Shown piece after piece: positions 12,049 through 23,000 of a stretch of DNA of 64,000 nucleotides. A program made the translations under genes and the position numbers. Numbering within the stretch: position 1 is the stretch's first letter; the number at the start of each line of letters is the position of its first letter. The stretch is from Asterias rubens (taxonomy: Eukaryota): assembly GCF_902459465.1 (NCBI RefSeq), contig NC_047074.1, positions 13,268,001 to 13,332,000 of the forward strand. Reading direction: 5' to 3'. The notes beneath the pieces are model-generated. The model ran no database searches. It had not been told where the DNA came from and saw only the letters and a program-made list of their open reading frames with translations.

Positions 12049-13770
12049 ATGAATAAACCGGACGTCTTACTCGTTTTTAGCGGGAAGAGAAAATCTGGGA
12101 AAGATTTTGTAACTGATATTTTGCAAGAGAGGTAAGTGTAACCGAATAAATGGCAAATTCAATGCTAATTTTTGTCTGATTCGAACAACTGAACTGAATG
12201 TCAAATGAATGATCACCAAGTCAAGTGAGTGTGATTTAACTGACGGGAGTGATGGTCATTTCCCCCTATATAAGCTTGAACGGTAACTGAAATGATTAAC
12301 TGGTCAGTTAAAAAAAAAAAACATGATTCAAAAAGAAAAACATGATTCTACTTTTGTTTTGACTGTGTACTTCGTGTTGCGTACTGCTACTACTAGTACT
12401 TAGGTCTGTACTGTATAGCTAGATACATTTAGGCGCTTTCACAATATAATTGCTTTCAAGTTTAATTGAACCCCTTTAATTTAAGGCTATATTTGTTTCC
12501 ATTTCATCAGGTTTGGGTCAGCTTTGTGTGAGATATTGAGGCTTTCCGGTCCACTTAAAGAACAATATGCCAAGGTAAAGATAACCAACTCGTTATGATG
12601 ATATGTTGATAGTACTAACACTAGCATGCGCAGCCAAATGCGTTAAATTCAAGTTCTGGTTGCTGTGACTTCAGAGTTAGGATTAGAGTCCTGGTCATAA
12701 CACCTGTGTCCTTGAGCAAGGCTCTTAATTATCGATCTGCAGTTGCTGACACACAACAACTGAAAGTGGAGTTTCTACCTTGTTGCACTGACGCAATGAT
12801 TGTCGTTTTGAGGTTGAGGCAATGAAGAGCACGCATGGAAACTTTACTTAAACCCATATTCCTATAAAGCTTCATTTGCATGTGCGTAGCATTATACATT
12901 GCTGAAAGTGAAAAGCGGTTTACATCCTGAGTGTTTTTTACTCCCAAACATCTGTCATCTATCTTTTCTATTGTTTTATTTCTGTGATAAAGGAGAACAA
13001 CTTGGAATACAGCAGGCTTCTTGATGCCACAGAGTACAAGGAAGAGCACAGAGCTAAGATGATTGCCTGGGGTGAGGAGCAGAGACGAAGAGACCCTTCA
13101 TACTTCTGCTGTCTCGCTATAGAATCAGCATCTTCAAATCACAGGGTCTGGATTATCAGCGATGCACGGAGACGAACTGATGTGAAGTTTTTCAAGGAGA
13201 CGTTTCCAAGACAAACCCTAACAGTCCGAGTCTTTGCTGAAGAGAGCGTACGAGCAGCGAGGGGGTTTGTCTTTACTAAAGGTCTGTTTGAAATTGGTTC
13301 ACATAATTTTTATATTGATCATACTTTAACTAGAGCTGCAAACTCTCCTCGATTTGTCTTGAAGTTACCTTTCAATTATTTCCTAATAATTAAGTCCACT
13401 TTTTGGAAGAAGAATTACATAGAGATTACAGGTGTGAGTTGCCAGAGGAAAAGGATGTTTGCAAATGTTGACAGCTCTGCTTTACTGGATTGATTATTGA
13501 TTGGACACGCTTTTGATTGAATATTGATTTTTGCTTATAAATCTTTGCTTATTGAATATTGCATTTTGATTATTGACTATTGGGTATTAATTTTTTTTTA
13601 TTGGTTATTGGTTTTCTACAGGTATTGATGATGCAGAGTCAGAATGTGCCCTTGATGAAGGAGTGACATGGGATTTTATTATTAACAATGGCAGTGATAA
13701 AGCTCAACTTGAACCTCAACTAGAAAAACTTATCAATTGTATCCACACCAAACTGTTCACAAAATCTTAG
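12049..13770 (+). CDS. PMVK: Phosphomevalonate kinase (animal type), complete, 4 exons
   Basis: Exons 12049-12131, 12511-12574, 12993-13281 and 13622-13770. Motifs: P-loop FSGKRKSGKDF, LRLSGPLKEQYA, MIAWGEE, WIISDARR, GIDDAESEC. Confidence 0.97.
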
Positions 13771-14501
13771 TAAAAAATAAACAAAGGTACTTCCCTCCAC
13801 ACTCATCTTTTCAAATCAACTCCCTAGCCCCCCCCCCCCCCCACCACCAATACTCTGGGTACCTCTTTGATAATGTTGATATGCACTATTGCCAGTAAAA
13901 AGTTAATACAAAGTCTTGGTTGAACAAAGAAACCTTGTTGATCATAATAAAACATTGCAAGTATTTATAAATACCGCCCTCTTGTGAAAGTATTATTTGC
14001 ACAACCTAGTCTTCATTCAAGACTGAAAGTAGTTCGTGTGAGAAAAAAGTGTTCTTGTCATGTATTGTTAAGCTTCTCATAAATAACCAGTCAAACACAG
14101 TTGTATCAAAAGGCCAGACACGCCCAGAACTCGCAAAATGTTATGGGAAGATAATTTGAAACTTGCAGTGGATGCAAGTACTTTAAAAGCATTGAAGAAG
14201 GAAATCCACGAAAAGTAACTCTCCCAGCGCAGCCAAAATGTTGTACAATGTTGACATACTTGAAAGTAGTACTTATCCTAGGTTTCACATAGTAACCTTC
14301 TAGGTTTCACATAGTAACCTTAATCTCAAGGTTGATCTACGAATGCCGAATTCAACCGTTCACACACAGAAAGGACCTCGATCATTTTAAGGTTAATTTT
14401 CGCTCAATCGTCACAAAACAGAAGCTGTGTTCAAGACGCACGTGAAAACAATGTCATTACTGTGGAGAGGGCGGATTCCATTATAATTCACCACGAGGGT
14501 C

Positions 14502-15436
14502 CTAAATGGTTAATCCAATTGTATAAACAACAACCAAAACAATGACACCGAATACGCAGCTAGCTCCATAAGGGCAGATATATTCCACTTTTCTGTAGAC
14601 ACAGGAAGTTCTAGATTGATATTTTGGACATTCATAGCCAAGACTAACGTGAATTGGAGGCGCGCCACTACGTTTGTGACGTGGGCTACCCTTTATATCG
14701 ACATAAGAATAAATCGAGTTGAGCATTTCTGCGCAGCGGATCACTGAAAGGGGCAGGACTTCCCTACACTCGACATGCGGATTACCAAATCAGGCTCAGC
14801 CCTTAATCTTATGTCACTGCTGAGAGCCACATTGTGAAAACTTTGTTCGAAAGTTTCAGTTGTGTCTATTAGGCTTGTTGGGCCACTTTGGACTTCTACT
14901 ACCGTTATGGTTGAGATTACCTCGGGGCAGTATTGAGCTGTCATCAGGCAGCATATGTCTTGATCGAGTCGCTCTGACCCCTACACCCCTATCGCTACTT
15001 CTGGGTCTCCCTATACGTTCTCTACAGTTGTCCACAACGACAAGCTTCATTCAGGACTTTTTTGGCAGAGTTTCAAGTCGCGGAGAGAAGGGGAAAGAAG
15101 CTTGAGACGAAATGCCATCACGACCTGCCTCCGAAGTTACTCCACGTGCGACAGCTGTTGTATTCTGGTTAACAGCGGCGTTCGCCCTGATACCGTTGGG
15201 TAGCTGTTATTCGACAGGTGTCGCGATCGGGTATTCACGTGCCGTGGAGGATTTACCGGGAGCGAGGGAGTTTGGTGATGGGGAGATTTGGCTATATGGA
15301 CGGCGTATGCTGCGGGACGTGGAGGGGGATGGTGGCGACGGGTGGTCGTCTGGTGTGACTTGTAGCGGGGACGGTAGGTGACAGGTGTAGTGGCTGGCCA
15401 GCTGTTGGTTCGGCTCGTAAAAAGTGCGAGTAACTT
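14502..15436 (-). pseudogene. Putative decayed coding exon of unknown origin
   Basis: GC/CpG-enriched island. Three ORF-track minus ORFs (15207-15527, 14856-15050, 14502-14744) share one frame with only ~6 internal stops in ~310 codons and many C-ending codons. A candidate acceptor (TTTAG) precedes 15436. No homologue recognised. Confidence 0.35.
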
Positions 15437-16274
15437 CTAAATGTAGACGGATATATATTAAGACATAAGAGGATAAATATAAATAGACACTAAACCATTT
15501 GATATCCAGAGGGGTATCATGGTTCAAAAAATAAATAAATTTGATATTGAAGATATCAGCAATATTGCAACTACATAGATCTTTGCAACAAAAAAAAAAA
15601 CAGCAGCAAACAACTTACAGGAATTAACTCAACAACTGTTTCTGTGTTTTCCATTATTTATACCTTTTTGAGAAATACTCTGCGTTGGGGTCGAAAGAAG
15701 AGGAATTATTATCATGTTTGCGCTTTTATTTATTGAAGACACAACAAAAAAGAAATTATCTCTTCACGAAACAAAATTAAAGTAGGCTCCTTTATAGGGG
15801 TTTGTTTCATTTTGCTCGTATTCTTTTGCTCGAAGGAACTTAAAACCGGTGTATAAAAATCAACAACACGTTGTGACATTTCGCCCAATATGCATGTTTA
15901 TACTTGAATAACAAAATGGATGTCAGCTTTTCCATATAATATTAAAAACATGCCACAACAACAATGGTATGTGATTAACTCCATAGGGCCCACTTTTTAT
16001 ACCATTATCAAATCTCCACACACTGCATATAGAGCTAAAGCAATGTAAAGAGTCTGGCCCCGGACTCCCGTAGGGTAACCGAGGCTGCAATTAAATTCAT
16101 CACATCTGGATTAAATCAAAGTATATTTCGAGGCTATATTATGAACAATGAGGAATACAAATGAGGAAACAATTTCCCATTTTTAAAGGCGCATCATGGA
16201 CGCCGAATGGTGTTCATATGCACGTGGTGCATTTTGGACGCCATGTTTGAACTTGGACACCCGCTACGTTTTCA

Positions 16275-16652
16275 TTTAGAGGAACTAGACAACTTTGGTA
16301 ATTATCAAGAGCAAGGTCCTTACGGTGTATCCCAATATAACGTAACAAATCTATGACAATTTTGACTCAATTGGTCGTCGAAGTTTCAAGAGAATGAAGA
16401 AAGTGGAACACATATTGTTGCTCAAATTGTTGTGCTTTCAGATGCCTACAAAAAAGGCTTCTGAACTGAAATCTTTTAATTGAGTGAGAAACTATCATAT
16501 ACCTCTTTCTCAAAACCTCGTTTCTTAAGAGGGAGCCGTTTCTCACATTGTTTTATACAACCAACATCTTTTCATTGCTCGTTACCAAGTAAGTTTTTCT
16601 GCCAACAACTATTTCGAGTAACCATCAGGTCCCCAATGCCGAGTGCCTTTAA
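16275..16652. mobile_element. MITE family A, diverged inverted copy
   Basis: Body similarity to the family; GTGCCT-TTAA end. Confidence 0.65.
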
Positions 16653-16949
16653 AATGTAAAAGTGATGTCTATAAAGCTATTTGAACTGCTGACGTTCATC
16701 AAATTTGTTTTGGCACACGTTATTATGACAACCTATTTCCATAAGTTTGGTAAACGCCCGTGAGAGCGTCTATCTTTTTAAAGGCAAACCTTTGGTGTTT
16801 AGAACCGTTGATTGTTTTAATCCTGTGAAAATAAGTGTAGATGTATATATACAATCAAACCAACCCGTGACCATTTCAAAAGGAGGTATAGTAGCGAAAC
16901 GTTTTTCATATTGAAATGTCTAGGATCTCTAGCTCTAAAACCACATTAC

Positions 16950-17319
16950 TTAAAGCCATTGGACACTTTCGGTAAATAGTATTATCCAAGGCCCACACTT
17001 CGTGTATCACAACTTATATAAAATAACAAATCTGTGACAATTTAGGCTCAATCGGAGTCGGGAGAAAATAACGGGAAAACCCACTCTTGTTTCCGCACGT
17101 TTCGCCGTGTCATGACATAATTATATTGTGTTTAAAATAAATCCGTAATTCTCGCTATGGAGAATTGATATTGTTTTAATGTTTTCTCAAAAAGTATAAA
17201 GCATTTCTTGGATTAATATTTCAAGAGAAGTCTTTCACCATTACCTTCTGTAAACCCTGTAAATTATTTGTAAATCTGTGAACTTTTTTTTCTGTACCGA
17301 AAGTGTATAATGGCTTTAA
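16950..17319. mobile_element. TTAA-flanked MITE family B
   Basis: TTAAAGCCATTGGACACTTTCGGTA / TACCGAAAGTGTATAATGGCTTTAA terminal inverted repeats. Confidence 0.85.
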
Positions 17320-17455
17320 AGGTATTTGTTTCATAAAAGATACATTATCAACAGCTGCACTGGGTGTTCCTTGTCCAAGCAAGTTTTATGGTTAGTTTTG
17401 GAGTATTGCCAAAGGGATACCCGTACCCAGAAAGACAGGAAGTCGATTAGTTTCG

Positions 17456-17501
17456 ATGATGCAAACTTTGATTTTAATTGTGTCTCTATATAAAGCCCAC
17501 G
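17456..17501 (+). CDS. Candidate first (signal peptide) exon of the tolloid-like gene
   Basis: MMQTLILIVSLYKAH followed by a phase-1 donor (G|GTAGGC). It splices in frame to 20091 to give ...AHA|VYQRDIL, an A-X-A cleavage motif. The same stretch also reads as a TATA box (TATATAAAG), so the call is uncertain. Confidence 0.35.
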
Positions 17502-17836
17502 GTAGGCTACATGTCCGTTAATATTACCGTTCTGAAGAAGCATTTGGGTTAAATTGTTATGAAGAAGAAAAAAAATGTGAGCTATCGGTGAAATATTTAT
17601 AGAAAACGTATTTCTTAGAAAGCAGCGGACAAACCCAAGCGACTATTCGCTTGGGTTCGTCCGCTGCGGTACGATGCGCACCACGCGTTGATTTTTTTCA
17701 CAATTCGCTAGAATTGTATACAGTGTTCACGCAACTGTCCGAAACGTCGCAGGAAGGGGTTAAAGTCATAACTAAGCGCCATCAGAAGAAAAAAGAAAGA
17801 AAAAGACCTGTTCGGGACATTCTAATCGGTTTTTAT

Positions 17837-18232
17837 TTAAGGCAGTGGACACTATTGGTAATAATACTCAAAATAATTATTAGCATAAAACATTACTTGG
17901 TAACGAGTAATGGGGGTTGATAGTATAAAACATTGTGAGAAACGGCTCCTTCTGAAGTAACGTAGTTTCCGAGAAAGAAGTAATTTTCCACGAATTTGAT
18001 TTCGAGACCTCAGAATTAGAATTTGAGGTCTCGAAGTCAAGCATCTAAGCGCACACAAATGTGAAAAGGGTGTTTTTTCATTCATAATAAATTATCATCT
18101 CGAAACTTCGACAACTAATTGTGCTCAAATTTTCACAGGTTTGTTATTTTACGCATATATGTTGAGATACACCAAGTGAGAAGACTGGTCTTTGACAATA
18201 ACCAATAGTCCAATAGTGTCCAGTGTATTTAA
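17837..18232. mobile_element. MITE family A copy
   Basis: TTAA flanks; internal palindrome TGATTTCGAGACCTCA...TGAGGTCTCGAAGTCA. Confidence 0.85.
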
Positions 18233-18461
18233 TTGAATTGACCCACATTGGACACATTGGTGTTTGCTACTGAAGGATATCCACAGTGATCAAGGTCATC
18301 AAACAATCGGAATTCCGAATAGTTTGCATTTTTCGTTTTAAGTCCCTAAAATGTTGAGATAAACAAAATTAGTATTTTAATTCGATTCGTTGTATTTTGT
18401 GCGACGGATACTCCGGTTTGGCACGCTGTGGTTTAATTCTGAACTGATACCGTGAGGCCTA

Positions 18462-18651
18462 CACTCTTAAAACTCCCGACGGTCAGAGTTGACCCGGATT
18501 TCGGTCGCAGGGGGCCAGACCCATCCTGGTGTGTTTGACCCGGAATCCGTGTCAATGTGTTAAAAGCGGGGATTTTGACACGGATTCCGGGTCCTGACCC
18601 AGAAATGGGATTCGAATCCAGGTCAATTCTGACCCGGGATTATTTAGAGTG
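18462..18651. mobile_element. CACT-terminal MITE; other CACT...AGTG elements at 29510-29634 and 38264-38435 (TA flanks)
   Basis: CACTCTTAAAA / TTTAGAGTG termini with internal GACCCGG inverted repeats. Confidence 0.6.
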
Positions 18652-19333
18652 TCTCTTGACTGCAGAGTCAGTTAGGATGCCAACATTTGCAGCGGGGGGG
18701 GGGGGGGGGGGGTAGCAATGTGGACGTGTAGCTGGAAGATGGTTTACTCCCCAAACGTTCTTTGTTTTAATTGTAGCTCTCACCATGGAGACCGAGGACA
18801 AAAACTAACGGGGGGGAGGGAAACAAATGGAGAATTCTTCCTTGCTCCACAAGGAAGTTTATGTGTACATTGTTTATGGGAGGGTGTTACACGACATAGA
18901 AAAGAAAAGTAAAAAATGTATGTGGGATACACACGTGAACCGGGACATCAAAAGAGATTGCCTGTTGCGGAAGGGTTCCCATGTTGGAGAGTGACCGAAA
19001 TGTATGGGAACTTTTGCCAAGGAGAGATCATATAGCTGTGGTATACACTTCAACGAAACAAAAACATGTCTGACCTGAAGATATTTTAGTGAAAAGTTGT
19101 GGGAAAAATTGACTTCACTCTGCGTTTAACTGGTCCCCTCTTCTTTTGTGCCATAAAAAGTTACGACTTTTAGCAAACAAACAACTTTTGGACTCGACGA
19201 TTGAAACGAAAGTAAAAAAAAAAAAAACACCGCATAACATTGTGTGTATCAGTCGAAAACATGTTTTGTTTCGGTGGTTCCTATAGATTAGTGTTCACAC
19301 GCGACGGGGATGATATTCTCTACGTCACACGTA

Positions 19334-19489
19334 GGCCCTTTTCGGAACCACGGCTTTGGCTTTGGATTCGGCTTCAGGCTCCGTCCTCTCGTCTGAAGCC
19401 CTGAGCACGTACGCAAAGCACGCGCACGGGGCCAAGCAATAATTGCCTGAGCCGAATCTGGAGCCGAAGCCGTGGTTTCGAAAAGGACC
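19334..19489. mobile_element. GGCCCTTTTCGAAACCACGG-TIR MITE; further copies at 20755-20909, 26143-26281 and (partial) ~39327-39425
   Basis: ~25-bp inverted termini in four copies, three of them in introns of the protease gene and one upstream of its first confident exon. Confidence 0.8.
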
Positions 19490-20090
19490 GTGTCAAACGT
19501 CAAGACCTATAGTGGTTTCGATTTACTCGAAATATGTTGGGATTAAAAACAATACCATGACTGTGTATTGTTTGCGAGTATAATTTAATCAGTTGGCAAC
19601 AACATACAAGTCTATTTTTGTCGTCACATGTTATTGCCGGCATTTAAGGTCACAGTGTATATAGTTGATGTAGAAGGGATTACTCCGTTTACGAGGAAAG
19701 GCAAAAACAAACGTAGAGCACAAAATCACATACAATGTTATTTTTTAGCCATATTGATTGAAACTATAGAAATAAGCTTTTTAAACTCCTCAATGTTTCC
19801 TTTAAAAGTAAAGGTCTTGGTGAACAACGTGACTCACAAGTGTTATACATGTAAACATGACACTTGTACTTGTAGGTCGATTCCAAGGGCAGATTTATCT
19901 TTCCCCAAGGGTATTAATGGCAGTGGATACTATTGGTAATTATTACTCAAAATAAAACCTTACTTTGTAATGAGTATTTTGTTGTAGGCCAGACCCTTAA
20001 CATAAAACATGACGCCGAACACTTAACGCAACTCGAAACTACTTCAAAAAAGTTATTACTACATTTTATTTGATATTTTTCTCCATATAG

Positions 20091-23000
20091 CCGTCTATCA
20101 AAGAGACATACTGATTGACGGTTGGACTTCAGACGACCCCCACCCACACACGGGAACTGGGGGTGTTCACATCACCAGGGGATCCCCGTCACAAAGTCAC
20201 GAATCACCCCGCATTAAACGCCGGGCTCAACACGGTGACCAACGGAGACACTACTACAGGAGCAAGAAAGCGTCAAGGGTCGAGTTGTCTCGCAGCGCCC
20301 ACCATGACTTCGAGGAAAGGTCGCGGATGAGGCGCGGTGCCACAGCCGTGGAATCTAACCTGTGGCCTGGTGCTATCATACCGTATGAAATAGACGCTAA
20401 ATGCGACGGTAAGACCATAGTGTGGGCGAGAAATAAATCCGCAAACAATTACAGAAAGTATTAGTTCTGTAATTTCTAGGCCTATCATTTTTGTTTTGAA
20501 GCACTTTTCCAATTGCTAGTGCTTCATTGTAGGTGTGAGTGCACAGCAACAATCACGGGAACACAAAGACACCTGTACAATGAACAAGAGATACATACTA
20601 ATAAAGTTTATCTTTACAGGTCTTGTATTGGACAAACTCAAGCACTTTTTTTCCATAATTGACACAACGATTATTATTTTACATAATTATTATAAATAAC
20701 ATTGAGAAGTCTCCCGAAATCCGATAATCAACTCCCCGTTCTCTGCAGAACATAGTCCCTTTTTGAAACCACGGCTTCGGCTATTGATTCGGCTTCAGGC
20801 TCCGTCCTCTTGTCTGAAGCCCAGCACGTACGCAAAGTCAAAACAACCGCGGGGCCAAGCTAGCCTAAAAGCCGAATCTGCAGCCGAAGCCATGGTTTTG
20901 AAAAGGGCCATAATATACCTGGCTGCCAAGTTAGTAGATGTACACAACGGTGTTACCGCAAACCAAATATGTATTGATAACTCGCCATGCAATGCCTCGA
21001 ATCCCATACGTTTAGAGATAACATCAGTGGTTTTAGAACTGTTGTTCATAAATATGGACACGAACATGTGATTGTGGTTGTGGTTTTGAAAATAAACTAT
21101 GTAAGCCATAATATAGCTAAATATTGAATGCGGTTTGTTTCTGTGTTGTAGAGATTGTTAAGTCTTATTATTTTGAACCCATTTGAATTTACTTTAGAGG
21201 ATACCAAGAACCTCGTCATACGGAGCATGCGCCATTGGGAGGAGCACACGTGTCTTCGGTTCATACCAAGAGCCAATCAAACTTCCTATGTGCTATTCTA
21301 CTTTTCTGGAGGGTGCGTATATATAACGTGATGTATTAACCTTTGACCTGATCCAGTTATACGGCTTCGCCTACAGCTAAGGCTACTTATACTGTTAAAG
21401 CCAAAGCCGTAGTCAAGCGAGTGCTTTATTCGTATAGATCGTGGGTCGAGTGTGTCATGGGCAATGTCCGAATTGGTGGCTACTATACGGTTATACGGCT
21501 ACGGCTGGATTGCCTTAGTCCTTAGCAGTCCTTAGCAATACATTTAGCAACAGCCATAGCCGTAAGGGGCCTGTGTCCGTCCATTCGATTATAGTATGGC
21601 ATTACTGCAATACACAATCAGACACTCAGGAAACCAAACAAAATGTCACACCAAAGATGTTGTTGCGCATGTTCATGCCATGTTGCCTTTTCTACAAACG
21701 TAACCCGCAGAGTCTACGGGCAGCGATTTCCTAGGGCATAATCTGACCCACAGTATACAAGAAGAGCATGCAATTTGGCATACATTGGAACTTAGTTTGT
21801 GTAGAGCCCAGTTCATACTTCATGCGAATGAAGTTGACGTCACAAATTAGCAACGAACAATTTTCAACAAATGAGTTATGCTCAACTCCTGCAAAATATT
21901 CGCTGCGAACAGAGGTGTGACGTCAAAATCTGCTTCGCATTCGCAAGAGGAAATATGAACCGGGCTTTAAGGTGGCGGAATTTCCAACTATTTAATCATG
22001 GTTTTAAATTTTGAAGATGCTGCTCACACGTTGGACGATCGGGCTCCAGACAGAAAGTCTACCTCGGACCTGGCTGTAATAGATTCCGCACCATCATCCA
22101 CGAGATTGGACATGTGGTCGGCTTCTGGCACGAGCAGAGCCGGCCGGACCGGGACGAGTTCGTCACCGTGTACGAGGGCAATATCTCCCCGGGAGATCTT
22201 TCAAACTTCTTCCGGTACGACACTGCCAAGGTAACGTCCATTTAGCCATAAAACTCAGGTTGTACCTGACTGGGTTCGAATCCTTCGTGGGCTCGAATGC
22301 CATTCGAGTAAAATGCCTGTGTTTTTCCCCCTCACAGAACTCGGGAAAGTTCAGTGAGTATACAATGCCAACACATTATTAGTGTATGGGTAAAAACAAA
22401 TTAATACTCAGGTGATGAAACTCGTTTAAAAATGTTATGGACAGCGTTTGCTCGGTAGCAAGTTTCCTCCCTTAAACAATGGCTCGCTTGCCAAATGGCA
22501 GTTAAAACGCCCAAGGACCAGTCAGAATTCTGTCCAACTATAGTCACCTTGCTATTTATTGTTGAAGTCCAACTGTTTACATGTAAACTACTTTATTAGT
22601 TCAAACTTCCATGCTAAAGATAATATTGCAGGCAACCTTTAAACAATTATACTCCAGTGAAAACCCTTCCGGACCAGTGAAATGACAAGCTAAACTTAAT
22701 GGACCTGCTAGCCTGTCTCAAGAATGTAATACGGGGAAACCCTGGTAGAATGTCTTCCTAAATGTAATTTGCTGCCTTGACACAAGGCTAAGAGATCCAC
22801 CAACCTTTGTGAGCGTCAGTCAACTAAATAAACTTCACAAGTAACCAATTATGCCAAAGTAAAACCGAACTCTTCATCAAAATTCAGATCAACTCACTTG
22901 AGCAGCCCTATGACTATGACTCCGTGATGCACTACGGACAGCACTCCTTCAGTCGGAACTTCAGAAAGACAATTATCCCAAAGACAGAGTGGGCTTCAAT

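Noticed and set aside
12984-13493. 169-aa single-exon ORF as given in the track (likewise the 42958, 58703 and 60600 extensions)
   Set aside because: The ends run into introns; true exon limits were set by splice sites and homology.
17615-17667. Helitron 3' end (hairpin followed by CTRR on the minus strand)
   Set aside because: The spacing to CTAA is too short and no matching 5' TC end or family copies were seen.
18700-18810. Signal-peptide-like stretch RWFTPQTFFVLIVALT as the protease first exon
   Set aside because: No in-frame ATG (a stop precedes it), it ends in a stop, and it has no suitable donor.
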